63,392 bases of DNA from Candidatus Aquitaenariimonas noxiae (GTDB lineage: Bacteria; Omnitrophota; Gorgyraeia; Aquitaenariimonadales; Aquitaenariimonadaceae), in contig PEWV01000060.1 in the NCBI GenBank assembly GCA_002780005.1, positions 1 through 63,392 of the forward strand. The letters run 5' to 3'. Positions 19,494-30,114 of this stretch are shown here, in pieces (positions within the stretch are counted from its first letter, which is position 1; each line of letters begins with the position of its first letter). A program made the position numbers and the translations under genes. The notes beneath the pieces are model-generated. The model ran no database searches, was not told the DNA's origin, and saw nothing but the letters and a program-made list of their open reading frames with translations.

Positions 19494-20534
19494 ATGCTAA
19501 ATGAAATAAAAAACAGGATTTTTTCGGAAATACGGAAGTATACACGCGATCTAAGAAATATATACTCCTCAAGCAAGTTATCCCCCGCACTTTTTAAGCA
19601 CATAGAGGAATTCCTCTTAAGAGATAGTAAAAAAATACGGCCGGTACTTTTTGCTATCGGTTACCTTGGTTTTACCGGGAAACCGGCCTCCGGATTATAC
19701 AGGAGCGCCCTATCGGTCGAGATCCTTCACGATTTTATGCTTGTCCATGACGATATAATCGACAAGTCTGACGTTAGAAGGGGCAGGCCCTCCATGCACA
19801 GCATGTTGGATAAATATGTGGCAAAATATAAAAATATTAAATTTAACGGCGCGGATCTGGCGATCATAACAGGCGATGTGATCTACGCTATGGGAATAGG
19901 CGCCTTTTTAAGTATAAAAGAAAACCCTGAACGCAAAGAAGCGGCGCTTAAACAGCTGATCAATACCGCGATATATACCGGCACCGGTGAGTTCCTGGAA
20001 CTTCTTTCGGAGACCAAAGAATTAAACAGAGTAACAAAAGATAATATTTATAAAATATACGATTTAAAAACTGCCAATTATTCCTTCGCCTGCCCTCTAG
20101 CGCTGGGCGCGATACTCGCGGGGGCAAAAAAGAGGGATGTCAATAAATTAATAAAATACGGGATATTCTTAGGCAGGGCATTTCAGATAAAAGACGATCT
20201 CTTAGACATGGTTCCTGAAGAAAGACGGCTCGGGAAATCTGCCTTTTCGGACCTGCGCAGTTCAAAAAGGACAATACTTATATGGCATGCGTATAATAAT
20301 TCCGATAAAAAGGATAAATTAAAAATAAAATCAATACTAGAAAAGGATCATATTAATAGACTTGATTTGTCAGCGATCCAAAAAATAATCGATAAGACCG
20401 GGACAATTAATTATGCGAAACGGGAAATAGATGAGCTTCTTAAAAAGGCTGGCTCCATTCGCAAGCGTTTAAAAATCAATGAAACCTATAAAAATATACT
20501 GATATCTCACTCTGAAGAGATCTTTGATTTATAG
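19494..20534 (+). CDS. Polyprenyl diphosphate synthase
   Basis: KKIRP, LVHDDIIDKSDVRRG (FARM), KTA, FQIKDDLLD (SARM). Confidence 0.93.
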   Translation: MLNEIKNRIFSEIRKYTRDLRNIYSSSKLSPALFKHIEEFLLRDSKKIRPVLFAIGYLGFTGKPASGLYRSALSVEILHDFMLVHDDIIDKSDVRRGRPSMHSMLDKYVAKYKNIKFNGADLAIITGDVIYAMGIGAFLSIKENPERKEAALKQLINTAIYTGTGEFLELLSETKELNRVTKDNIYKIYDLKTANYSFACPLALGAILAGAKKRDVNKLIKYGIFLGRAFQIKDDLLDMVPEERRLGKSAFSDLRSSKRTILIWHAYNNSDKKDKLKIKSILEKDHINRLDLSAIQKIIDKTGTINYAKREIDELLKKAGSIRKRLKINETYKNILISHSEEIFDL

Positions 20535-20557
20535 TCTTTGTGCCTTATTCTTCGGCG

Positions 20558-20884
20558 CTATTCTTCAACTGTAATTTCTGCGGCCTTCAAGCCGGCAAAG
20601 GAGTTCGCGTAATAGTAAACCTTGACCGCATCGGATAAACCGATCTCGCTAAAATCGATATCATGAGCGCCTTTGGTTATTTTCGTATCATTAGAAACTA
20701 CAAATGTCATATCATCATTATCCAGCGCCCGCACAACAAGCTTATTCCCGACCCAATCCGTATCTACTACCGTGCCTGAAACACTTCTTGCCTGCTCCGT
20801 CTTGCCGGGGCTCTGGCAATAACCAATAATACTTAATGACATCGTGAATAATAACGTAAGAATAAATATTCCCCTTTTTATCAT
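20558..20884 (-). CDS. Small exported protein (OB-fold/DUF5666-like)
   Basis: Signal peptide; SGTVV..TFVVSNDTKI..GDAVKVYY pattern. Confidence 0.6.
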   Translation of the reverse strand: MIKRGIFILTLLFTMSLSIIGYCQSPGKTEQARSVSGTVVDTDWVGNKLVVRALDNDDMTFVVSNDTKITKGAHDIDFSEIGLSDAVKVYYYANSFAGLKAAEITVEE

Positions 20885-20900
20885 TTTATCACCTCAAATT

Positions 20901-22871
20901 TTATTCATATCTTAGCGCTTCGATAGGATCGAGTTTGGAGGCCTTCTGCGCCGGCCAAAGGCCGAAAACTACTCCTACGATCAGAGAAAATATTGTCGCG
21001 AGAAGTATAGAAAATGTTGAAACCTTTACCGACCATCCGGCTAAAAGTGTTATAAGAATTGATATTCCGCCGCCCAACAAAATACCTAATATGCCTCCTA
21101 TAAGCGACATCAATACGGATTCGATCAGGAACTGGACCATTATATCTTTATTATTCGCCCCTATCGCCTTACGCAGCCCGATCTCGCGCGTGCGCTCGGT
21201 CACTGAAACAAGCATAATATTCATGATCCCTATCCCGCCCACCAGGAGTGAAATGGCCGCGATTGACCCTAATAATAAAGACATTGTCTTGGTTGTTGAT
21301 TCAAGCGCATTCTTTATGTCGGCCATGTTGCGGATCTGAAACGAGTCATCAACATCTTTTTTATTGATATGGTGTCTTTTAATAATAAGCTTGGATATAT
21401 TATCCTGCGCCGCATCCATCAACTGAGGGCTTTTTACCTCTACATAAATGGAGTCTATGTATTCTTTTCCAAAAACCCTATACATGGCCGTGGTAACGGG
21501 AATAAGCACAGTATCGTCCTGATCGTGAAAACCGGCCGCCCCTTTTGACGGCAGCACTCCTATTACTTTAAAGTTAAGAAGGTTTATCTTTATCGTTTCC
21601 CCGACAGGATTTGCGTCACCGAAGAGTTCCCTGGCAGGCGTAGTGCCGAGCAGGGCGGCCTTTACCCTCATCTTTTCTTCATCTTCGTTAAAGAATCTGC
21701 CTACGGCAGGATACGAGGCCCTGAGTCCGGCATAATCAACCCCGACACCCTCAACTTGTGTATTCCAATTTTTATTTCCATACACTAACTGCCCCCTGCC
21801 TGTCACCGAAGGGCTCTCACTCTTCACTTCGCCGATAAGTTTTTTAATGGCGTCCGCATCCTGCAAGGTAAAACGCGTCACAGAACCTGTTTCTAAGGCT
21901 ACTCCATGGACCCTTGAAGAGCCGGGCCTCACCACGAGCAGGTTAGAGCCTAAAGACGCCAGCTGTTTCTCTATCGACTCTTTCGCCCCCTGCCCTACCG
22001 CAAGCATCGCTATAACCGCTGCCACGCCGATCAATATGCCGAGAATAGATAAAAATGAACGCATTTTATGCGACACCATCGCGCCTGCTGCCTGTTTCAG
22101 ATAATCAAAAAATTTTGTTTCCCTGTTCATCCTCTCTGATTTGGATAAAACGAAATCTATTATCTTGTCCGCCTCATTTTCTTCAACTGATACCGGTAAA
22201 ACCCCGGATCTCTCGTCAGAAATAACCCGGCCGTCTACCATGCGAATAACGCGCCTGGCGTGCGCGGCAACTTCATGTTCATGCGTAACAATAATAATAG
22301 TCTTTCCTTTTTGATTTAAATCCTTCAGGATCGAAATGATCTCTTCTTTGCTTTTTGAATCAAGATTACCCGTCGGTTCATCGGCCAGGATAATTAAAGG
22401 GTCGTTAACCAATGACCTGGCGATCGCGACACGCTGCTGCTGGCCTCCTGAAAGCTCATTCGGCTGGTGGTTTATCCTTTCGGCAAGACCTACTTCCTCT
22501 ATCTTTTGTTTAGCCCGGTCCTTTAAATGCCGCTTTCCGGCATAAACTAAAGGAAGTTCAGCATTCTCCAAGGCGCTCATTCTCGGCAAGAGATGGAACT
22601 GTTGAAACACAAAACCGGCTAAACGGTTTCGTATCGCTGATAATTCTTCATCTGAAAGCTCATTGATTTTTCTTTTCCCTAAATAATATTCTCCCGCGTT
22701 GGGCCTGTCAAGTAAACCTAAAATATGCATAAGCGTAGATTTGCCCGAGCCGGAAGGCCCCATGATCGCGACAAATTCCCCAGGAGCGATCTTTAAGGAA
22801 ACGTCCTGCAGGGCCTTTACCTCGACCTGGCCCATTTGATAGGTTTTATAGATATTTTTTAATTCTATCAT
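20901..22871 (-). CDS. macB: MacB-type ABC ATPase/permease fusion
   Basis: [35 protein letters not shown]. Confidence 0.95.
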   Translation of the reverse strand: MIELKNIYKTYQMGQVEVKALQDVSLKIAPGEFVAIMGPSGSGKSTLMHILGLLDRPNAGEYYLGKRKINELSDEELSAIRNRLAGFVFQQFHLLPRMSALENAELPLVYAGKRHLKDRAKQKIEEVGLAERINHQPNELSGGQQQRVAIARSLVNDPLIILADEPTGNLDSKSKEEIISILKDLNQKGKTIIIVTHEHEVAAHARRVIRMVDGRVISDERSGVLPVSVEENEADKIIDFVLSKSERMNRETKFFDYLKQAAGAMVSHKMRSFLSILGILIGVAAVIAMLAVGQGAKESIEKQLASLGSNLLVVRPGSSRVHGVALETGSVTRFTLQDADAIKKLIGEVKSESPSVTGRGQLVYGNKNWNTQVEGVGVDYAGLRASYPAVGRFFNEDEEKMRVKAALLGTTPARELFGDANPVGETIKINLLNFKVIGVLPSKGAAGFHDQDDTVLIPVTTAMYRVFGKEYIDSIYVEVKSPQLMDAAQDNISKLIIKRHHINKKDVDDSFQIRNMADIKNALESTTKTMSLLLGSIAAISLLVGGIGIMNIMLVSVTERTREIGLRKAIGANNKDIMVQFLIESVLMSLIGGILGILLGGGISILITLLAGWSVKVSTFSILLATIFSLIVGVVFGLWPAQKASKLDPIEALRYE

Positions 22872-23827
22872 CGTTTTTTGCGGCTGGGCATGAACGGGTT
22901 AGTGCCTGTCGTGCTTGTCGGAAGAGAGTACTTTTGTGTCTTTATCACTACCTTGCCGTCCTGGGTCAGGCCAGAAAGAATTTCTATATTTTTATCATCG
23001 GACATGCCGAGCGTAACGGCTGTTTTAACAGGTTTTTTATCTTTATTTCTTTTAACCAATACGTAATTTCCGTCTTTTTCATTAAGCACGGCGTCCACGG
23101 GAAGAAGTAAGGCGCCGGATCTACTTTGTTCTATAAAATCAATCGTCGCATTCATGCCTGAACGGAAAAATGACGGCACCTCTTCGGGCATAAGATCGAC
23201 CTTATAGACTGTAACGTTGTTAACGGTTTCCGATTCATAATAAATATGCTCAACGGATGCGCGTATCTTTGTATCCGGATAGGCTTCCAGGCTGATAACG
23301 GCCTTATTATCCGGCTTGATCTTGCCTATATCGGTCTCATCTACCTGCGCCCGCACGATAAGGCGGTCCGACAATACCACTATAGCATCGGATGCGGTAA
23401 CGGTCTGGCCCGGCTGAGTATCCGAGACGATAACTTCTCCGTCGATCGGGGAAATTAACGGAATGGCCTTGTACGTTTCTTTCCAGTATTTTAACGATTC
23501 ATCGCTTTGCCCGCGCGCGGCATCAAGGAGCGCGGCCCGTTCGGTCGAACTCATCCACGCTAAGATCTGTCCGGTCTTAACCACTTCCCCTTCCTTAGCC
23601 AGCATTTCCACGATCCGTCCGTTAACAGGCGGCTTTACTTCAAGCCTGTTCTTGGGCAATACCGTACCGGTAGTGGAAATGATGTTCTCGATGTTCCCTA
23701 CAACCGGTTTTATCTCTTCGGTTATTTCGGTATTCTGCTTAGGATGCCACAATTTCGCATGCAGAAAGATCAGGGCCGCCAGTATACATAAAGATATAGA
23801 AATGATCTTCAATTTTTTATTGCGCAT
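22868..23827 (-). CDS. macA: MacA-type periplasmic adaptor
   Basis: Membrane fusion protein features; VDETDIGKI; directly upstream of macB. Confidence 0.88.
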   Translation of the reverse strand: MRNKKLKIISISLCILAALIFLHAKLWHPKQNTEITEEIKPVVGNIENIISTTGTVLPKNRLEVKPPVNGRIVEMLAKEGEVVKTGQILAWMSSTERAALLDAARGQSDESLKYWKETYKAIPLISPIDGEVIVSDTQPGQTVTASDAIVVLSDRLIVRAQVDETDIGKIKPDNKAVISLEAYPDTKIRASVEHIYYESETVNNVTVYKVDLMPEEVPSFFRSGMNATIDFIEQSRSGALLLPVDAVLNEKDGNYVLVKRNKDKKPVKTAVTLGMSDDKNIEILSGLTQDGKVVIKTQKYSLPTSTTGTNPFMPSRKKR

Positions 23828-25106
23828 ATTCTATTGTTTCTCCTTTCGCTTGAACCCAGTTCGCCTCGGCAAGTAAAGCATTGGCTTGAGCGTTTAAATA
23901 TGCCTTTTTGGCGCTTACCAGATCATTCTGGATAATGATCCAGTTATCGAATGTGATAAAACCTGTTGAATACTGTTCTTGCGCTATTTTTGAGCGCTCC
24001 TCGGTTGCATTAAGCACCTTGCTCTGTACTTCTACCGTTTCAAGGGCATCCTGCAACGCCGTCCATGTCTGCTCGAGCGCTACAACAACGCTGTCCTTCG
24101 TGCTTCTTTCATTGGCTTCTGCCTGATTATATAGGGCTTTGGCCTGGTAGACTTGAGCTACTTTTGATCCACCTTCAAATATAGGCACGCTTGCGCTCAA
24201 ACCCAGGCTCCACCCATTGCCTTCAGGGGGCCAACGAGAATCGCTTCTAGTGGCTCCCGCAGTGCCTGAAAGTGTCGGAAAAAATTCCGAATACGCGGAT
24301 TTGACCCCAAAAGAAGCCGCGTTCTTTTCCGCTTCCAGCTTGAGGTAGGATGGGTTATTTTTTACCAAAGTTTCGAAATCCTGTTTTTCTTTGGCCGGAT
24401 CGCGTACTGTAAAATCCGCCTTCACACTCATAGGCTTAAATTCCCTGCGCCCCATTTCTTTCGTTAGCTGTCTTTGCGCGAGTTCTACGTCTCTTTTGGC
24501 CTGCGAAAGCTCAAAATTCGCCTCCGCAAGATTCGCGTCTGCTGTCAGGAACGCTCCTTTATGCTCTAACCCCGATTGATACCGTAAAGTTATCAGATCC
24601 AGATTGTCTTTTCTGATCTTTGCGATCTCATTGGTTACATTTATTAACTCCTGTGCCTTTAATAAATTAATGAAGGCGGTACGAAGGTCTAATCTTACTT
24701 CGGACGAGGTAAATTTATAATTATATTATGCGGCCTTTATATTTTCCGAAGCGGCCCTTACGTCGTTTATCGTCTTAAAACCATCAAATATTAACTGGGT
24801 GCCGGCGACACCGTATGAGTAGCTATTGCTCGTGGAACTCCTCATCTCATCGTCGGTTCTCGTGCTTGTCTTCGCCGTTCTGCCGCTGGCATTTCCGGTA
24901 ATCTGGGGAAGCAGGCCGCTTGTTGTTATTGCCTTGCTGGCTTCCTTCTCTTTTATGCTTTCTTGGGCAGAGATCAAATTTGGATGGTTCTTTTGGGCCT
25001 CTCCAATGCAGTCCTGCCACGCAAGAACCTCCTCGGCTAATGCGTTCCCGATAAACATATTAAAGAATAATAGGAAGGTAATAAAAAATTTTATGTGCTT
25101 AGTCAT
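23817..25106 (-). pseudogene. tolC: TolC-family outer-membrane protein interrupted by an in-frame TAA at 24726-24728
   Basis: Frame stays open on both sides of the stop (ENIKAA*YNYKFTSSEVRLDL...KEMGRREF), joining track ORFs 24726..25106 and 23817..24455 into ~429 codons. Confidence 0.88.
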
Positions 25107-25198
25107 ATTTTTTTAGTTTAAGTTTTTTTATTATTAATAGTATGCTATATTAAATCAAATCCCTTGTCAATAATAAACCACGGAAATAGCCCTGCTTT

Positions 25199-25852
25199 TT
25201 ATTTCGCGTACATGACTTTTAACTGTTCGATCTTGGGAAATTCCGTATAGTATTCGCCCTGGGGACCGACAAAACCGTTCCCCGATCTTTTTAACGCAAC
25301 GGCAGTATATCCGCCCTTGGAGTTGGGCACGTTCACGGTAAAAGATTCTTCTGTATTTTTTGCCGGAACCCCCACTTCGGCCTTTACCTGGTCGGCAACC
25401 TTCTTTTTGAAAGCGGCATCCTGCTCGGATTTGAGGTCTTTATTAATAATGATCACCTGCGGCGGAGGCACAACCTGATATCCATAATTCGTATACATAT
25501 AAGTGGTACCGTTAATCGTATAGTAGGGAACCCCATCAACAATAACCGGCTGATAACCCGCAGGAATTGTTGTAACAACCGCTCCTATTGGCGCAGGGAT
25601 AACGACATATCGATCCGACGAGCGTTGATAGTATGTGCCTTCGTAATAATAATAATTCGACCCTCCGATTATAAGCCTGAAAAAACCGTAAGGCAAAGAG
25701 TGATAAGCCCTGCCGTGCGGGGGATAATTATGAAAATCGTGGGACCGCGGACCTTCAAACCCGCGCGCATCAGCCGGTTGCGATTGACTTAAGAATGCTA
25801 AAACCAAAAAAGAAACCACTACTATTTTCTTTATGCTTCTGCTGCTCAACAT
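25199..25852 (-). CDS. DUF6515-like exported protein
   Basis: YYYYEGTYY..VVIPAPIGAVV repeats; signal peptide. Confidence 0.75.
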   Translation of the reverse strand: MLSSRSIKKIVVVSFLVLAFLSQSQPADARGFEGPRSHDFHNYPPHGRAYHSLPYGFFRLIIGGSNYYYYEGTYYQRSSDRYVVIPAPIGAVVTTIPAGYQPVIVDGVPYYTINGTTYMYTNYGYQVVPPPQVIIINKDLKSEQDAAFKKKVADQVKAEVGVPAKNTEESFTVNVPNSKGGYTAVALKRSGNGFVGPQGEYYTEFPKIEQLKVMYAK

Positions 25853-25908
25853 AACGCACCTCCCTTTAGTCTGGATAACAACATCCTGGTTTTTAATCTT
25901 TCAGATAG

Positions 25909-25937
25909 TTAGACAAAAGTAATCGCCAAAAAGTTCC
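25909..25937 (-). promoter_or_regulatory. ECF sigmaE-type promoter
   Basis: GGAACTT-N16-GTCTAA. Confidence 0.65.
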
Positions 25938-25965
25938 TTAATTCAAACAAAACTGTATAATAAAA

Positions 25966-25994
25966 ACGTTATGACATAACTTCTTTATTATCAA
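25966..25994 (-). promoter_or_regulatory. Sigma70-type promoter with overlapping palindrome GTTATGTCATAAC
   Basis: TTGATA-N17-TAACGT; 6-1-6 inverted repeat at 25968-25980. Confidence 0.5.
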
Positions 25995-26006
25995 TTAGTT
26001 AGGATT

Positions 26007-26822
26007 TTAACCTTCGGCGTGATGGTCCAGGTGTATGTGGGAATGGATGTGTATTTTGTCTTTATGCCTGTGGCTATGGATATGCACAAGGTTATTCGCC
26101 TGAAGAAGGGCGGCGTCTTTCAATATCGAGTCCGGCTCCCCGGACTTGACTATTTGTTTATTATGGCTAAACACATAGACAGTGTCAGATATCTCCTCAA
26201 CTATATGCAGGTCATGCGTAGAGGTGATTATAGTTCTACCTGAAATATTCTCTTCTATAAGCAGGTCAATGATGTGCCTGGTGGTCAATGGGTCAAGGCC
26301 GGCGGTAGGTTCGTCTAAAATGAGGACTTCCGGTTCGATGATCAAGGTGGACGCTATAGCCACTTTTCGCTTTTCGCCTATGCTTAACTGATGCGGCGGC
26401 CTATTAACGAGATCTTTAATATTTAAAATGGCGAGGAGCCTCTCGAGACGCTTTTCGATCTCCTGTTCCTCTATCCCAAGCTGCAGGGGACCGAAAATAA
26501 TGTCATCCTTTACGGTGGGGCAAAATAACTGAACATCGGGATTTTGAAAAACTAAGCCTACTTTTTTACGAAAATCCTTGGAAAAAACCTTATCATTAAA
26601 AATATCCTCATTCAACGCGCTGCCAAAAGCCGTAATGCTGCCGCGTTCCGGAAAAATGAGGCCGTCCAGCATATGTAAAAGAGTTGACTTACCTGAACCG
26701 TTTGCGCCTATCACAGCTATCTTTTGGCCTTTTTCTATTTTAATATCTATCCCGCGCAAAGCCGGATATTTTCCAAGATATGAGAAGTGAACATCTTTTA
26801 ACTCAAATATCGTATTAGCCAT
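26007..26822 (-). CDS. nikO: ECF Ni/Co transporter ATPase with His-rich tail
   Basis: GANGSGKS, VFQNPD, LSIGEK, LDEP; tail HIHSHRH..HIHSHIHLDHH. Confidence 0.9.
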   Translation of the reverse strand: MANTIFELKDVHFSYLGKYPALRGIDIKIEKGQKIAVIGANGSGKSTLLHMLDGLIFPERGSITAFGSALNEDIFNDKVFSKDFRKKVGLVFQNPDVQLFCPTVKDDIIFGPLQLGIEEQEIEKRLERLLAILNIKDLVNRPPHQLSIGEKRKVAIASTLIIEPEVLILDEPTAGLDPLTTRHIIDLLIEENISGRTIITSTHDLHIVEEISDTVYVFSHNKQIVKSGEPDSILKDAALLQANNLVHIHSHRHKDKIHIHSHIHLDHHAEG

Positions 26823-26828
26823 AATGCC

Positions 26829-27674
26829 TTAAACTCTCGCTTTTGCGCCCAAATAAGTAAGTCCCATAAACAAAATTATTACAAAAAATAACCACAGCCA
26901 GTCTTTTGCGCTGGTTTTAAAATCATGCAATATGACAGGTTCTCCGTCGTATCCCCGCGAAAGCATGGCATTATAGACCTCTTCATTCAAACGGTAGGAC
27001 CTGTACCATAGAAAAGCTATATTTAAGGCGACTATGCGCTGGCCTCTTTTATAATGTACCTCTAGTCCCACGCGGCTTTTTATCGCCGTATAAGTATTTT
27101 CGATTATTTCCATAAAAAGGTATATGTACCTGTAACACATGCCGAGTATCATAACAAATATTTGAGGCACCTTGAAGATGCGCAAGGCTTTCAAGAGCTC
27201 AAAATGTTTCGTGGTAATGCTGAGCAGGACAGCAAAAGACACTGAAGTTATTACGCGCGTGACAAATAACAGCGCCCCGAAGAAGCCCTGACGCGTAATA
27301 ATAAGTTTAAAACCAAGCAGATCGATCACGGCTAATGTTTCCCCTGGGGTAAAGACACTGAATAAAGCGGGAATAGCGATAAATAGCGAGAATAAAGGAA
27401 TAAAAATCCAGGTGCGCTTTAAGAAAAAACCCAGGTTAATTTTAGAAAGACAGGCCAACGATAAACATAGCGCGTACAGGCATAATAAAATAAGGATATC
27501 TTTTATAAGAATTGCCTGGATGATGAACAGAAGAAAAGTCGCTGCTTTTATTCTCGGATCCAATGATTGCAATAATCCTTTTCTTAAAGCGTATTCATCC
27601 GCGAAAACAGATTCTTTTAAGAAGGATAGAGCGCCCATGATCGAGCGTTCTATAAAATTATTATTCTTAAGCAT
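26829..27674 (-). CDS. nikQ: ECF transmembrane component (CbiQ/NikQ)
   Basis: LDPRIK, RYI, AMLSRGYDG. Confidence 0.9.
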   Translation of the reverse strand: MLKNNNFIERSIMGALSFLKESVFADEYALRKGLLQSLDPRIKAATFLLFIIQAILIKDILILLCLYALCLSLACLSKINLGFFLKRTWIFIPLFSLFIAIPALFSVFTPGETLAVIDLLGFKLIITRQGFFGALLFVTRVITSVSFAVLLSITTKHFELLKALRIFKVPQIFVMILGMCYRYIYLFMEIIENTYTAIKSRVGLEVHYKRGQRIVALNIAFLWYRSYRLNEEVYNAMLSRGYDGEPVILHDFKTSAKDWLWLFFVIILFMGLTYLGAKARV

Positions 27675-27677
27675 TTT

Positions 27678-28013
27678 TTAATCGTCTTTCTTTGCCAATA
27701 TTTTACCGATAAGCAATACTACGATAACTGTTGCAGTTATCCCTACAACCGCTGATATAATATAGGAAAAACTTAAACGCGGCAAGCCTTTTTCTTCCCA
27801 ACCCCTGAAGGCATAATCAGGAATGGGCGCACTCCAGAGGCTTGAGAGTTTTTCCAGACCTCTCGGAATATATCCGACTAATTCCTTGATCGTATCCGTT
27901 CCCCACTCGCCCCAGGCGTCACCTGCCTTAAAATGATCGGGCAACAACAACCCAAGCGGAGAGAGCACGATCAATATTGCTAATCCTATCCATAATTTCG
28001 TAGTAATTTTCAT
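27678..28013 (-). CDS. nikN: NikN/PDGLE-domain auxiliary component
   Basis: LSPLGL..AWGEWG..APIPDYAF. Confidence 0.85.
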   Translation of the reverse strand: MKITTKLWIGLAILIVLSPLGLLLPDHFKAGDAWGEWGTDTIKELVGYIPRGLEKLSSLWSAPIPDYAFRGWEEKGLPRLSFSYIISAVVGITATVIVVLLIGKILAKKDD

Positions 28014-28015
28014 AA

Positions 28016-28696
28016 CTACATCCCCCCTTCTTCGATAACTTCGGGAGCTTCTTTTTGGAGATATTTGACTACTAAGGCGGTAACAACGGCTTCCACCCAG
28101 CCGAATATCAAGAGGTGTTCACCCGCCATTGCCGGTACCGCGATTTTTAATCCGTAAGGGCAATAAAGAGCCTGGCCGTTCGCGGTATGGCATAATAATG
28201 GCTGTAACCCAAACTCAACGCCTGCCAGAAAAGCCGCCACGTTAATACCGATATATCCGGCTGCGCCTGCCGCTAACATTCTCCTGCTTGAATCTGCAGA
28301 GGCATTATAGCTGATTGCCTTATAGACGTAATAACCCGTAAACGGCAGCACAAAAGCCATATTAAAGCAATTGGCCCCTATCGCGGTAATACCACCGTCG
28401 CCAAATAATAATGCCTGGACCACCAGGGCAACCGTTATGGCAATAGAGGCTGCCCAGGGCCCTAATAATATTGCCACCAAAACTCCGCCTACAGCGTGTC
28501 CCGTGGAACCGCCCGGTATGGGCACATTGAACATCATGATCACAAAACTAAATGCGGCGCCTATAGCAAGCAAAGGGACTTGTCTTGCCTTGAGCGTCTT
28601 CTTAACGATGCGTGAAGCGGCTGTCCATATAGGCAGCATGATCGCGTAAAAAATCCCGCATGTTGCCGGCCCTAAATAACCATCAGGTATATGCAT
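28016..28696 (-). CDS. nikM: ECF Ni/Co substrate component (CbiM/NikM)
   Basis: N-terminal MHIPDGYL; TGHAVGG; GDGGITA. Confidence 0.93.
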   Translation of the reverse strand: MHIPDGYLGPATCGIFYAIMLPIWTAASRIVKKTLKARQVPLLAIGAAFSFVIMMFNVPIPGGSTGHAVGGVLVAILLGPWAASIAITVALVVQALLFGDGGITAIGANCFNMAFVLPFTGYYVYKAISYNASADSSRRMLAAGAAGYIGINVAAFLAGVEFGLQPLLCHTANGQALYCPYGLKIAVPAMAGEHLLIFGWVEAVVTALVVKYLQKEAPEVIEEGGM

Positions 28697-28710
28697 AAAT
28701 CTCCCCCTTC

Positions 28711-29619
28711 TTAAAATGTATAGACAAACGTCGCGACAATAGAATCGTTTGCGTCTGTATTGGTCCCTGTTAATATGCGCTGATAGGTAATTAAGGTCTG
28801 AATTTTGTCATTTGACCATCCGATACCCGGAGCGATAGTAAGATAATTAACATCCGATCCTGGGGTTCTTGCCCCATCCTCTCTTCTATCTCCCTGCAAA
28901 AATCCATTGACCTCGAACATGAGGTTGAAGCCTTTCGGCAGAAAATATTCTACGCCGAAATCGTAGTTAAGATAATCCGCGTAACGCGTCTTGATACCAT
29001 CAACATATACTTGTTGCGAAATGCTATATGTGGCATCGGCATAAAGTATGAATGGTTTCAACTTCTTAGCAAGATTAATGCCAAGACCCTGATCCCATGA
29101 GCCGTCCCCCATTAAATCTGCTCCTAATTTATCAGGATCGGCGTTTTCATATTTGCCCGTAGGCATTCTGAGCTGAAATAATCCTGTTATATGAGGAAAC
29201 CACCCTTTTTCTTCTAAAGCGCAATAGCGCATAAAAAGATAACTGTCGCCAAAACCATCGGCATGGGCGCTGGAAGAGTCCTGCTTTACGTAATTCTCCT
29301 GATAGACTGTTTGAGCGTCAAGCTCAAGCCTGTCAGTAATGCCATATTGCGCGAAAAGCTGTTCCTGAAACTGATATTTTTTGTCCCCTTTAGGCAAAGG
29401 ATCATAATGTCCGTCCGAATTGAAAGCGCCTCTTGTCCTGTTATAAAGTAAAAATGGCTGAACCACAAATTTACCTTTACCACATAAAGGCGCTGTCCAC
29501 GCCGTAATAGGACCTGCTGAAGACGGATTCCATTCTTCTTGACCGGCATCGGCGCTAACGAGCACCGGGTCAAAGAAAATGAGATTAATAAATATTACCC
29601 AAAGAAAAACTTTTCGCAT
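28711..29619 (-). CDS. Outer-membrane beta-barrel (Phenol_MetA_deg / transporter family-like)
   Basis: Signal peptide, GFGDSYL, PTGKY, C-terminal VYTF. Confidence 0.7.
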   Translation of the reverse strand: MRKVFLWVIFINLIFFDPVLVSADAGQEEWNPSSAGPITAWTAPLCGKGKFVVQPFLLYNRTRGAFNSDGHYDPLPKGDKKYQFQEQLFAQYGITDRLELDAQTVYQENYVKQDSSSAHADGFGDSYLFMRYCALEEKGWFPHITGLFQLRMPTGKYENADPDKLGADLMGDGSWDQGLGINLAKKLKPFILYADATYSISQQVYVDGIKTRYADYLNYDFGVEYFLPKGFNLMFEVNGFLQGDRREDGARTPGSDVNYLTIAPGIGWSNDKIQTLITYQRILTGTNTDANDSIVATFVYTF

Positions 29620-29634
29620 GCGTATCTCCTTATC

Positions 29635-29661
29635 TTGCTACTAAAATTATTTTCGTGCTAC
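29635..29661. promoter_or_regulatory. NikR operator candidate 2
   Basis: TTGCTAC-N13-GTGCTAC, same spacing as the site at 30115. Confidence 0.55.
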
Positions 29662-29682
29662 TACTGGATAAAAAAATAATGC

Positions 29683-30099
29683 CTACACTATGCCCTGACC
29701 TGTTGTTGACATACTAAGGGTTGAATGCTTTACCCCTTTTACGGCCTTCAGGCTGTCTGACAGGTGCTGAACCTTTTCCGGACTGCCTTTTAAGGCAAGT
29801 ATCTCGAGGCAGTTATCGTGATCCATATGAATATGCTGTGAGGAAATAATGCAAGAACCGAATTTATGCTGGATATCCAAAAGCTTATTCACTAATTCGC
29901 GTTTATGATGGTCATAGATCAGCGTAGCCGCGCCTATGACCTCATCCGCGTCTTTCCATTCCTTTTTGACCAGTTCCTGCCGGATCAGGCCCCGGAACGC
30001 CTCGGAGCGATTGGTATAACTTTTGGCCTTGATAAGCTTATCGAATTTTAGAAGAAGCTCCTTGTCTAAAGAAACTCCGAATCTTGCTATTGGTGACAT
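29683..30099 (-). CDS. nikR: Nickel-responsive regulator NikR
   Basis: RFGVSL, NRSEAFR, YDHH, HIHMDHDNCLE. Confidence 0.96.
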   Translation of the reverse strand: MSPIARFGVSLDKELLLKFDKLIKAKSYTNRSEAFRGLIRQELVKKEWKDADEVIGAATLIYDHHKRELVNKLLDIQHKFGSCIISSQHIHMDHDNCLEILALKGSPEKVQHLSDSLKAVKGVKHSTLSMSTTGQGIV

Positions 30100-30114
30100 A
30101 TCACCCTTCCTCTT

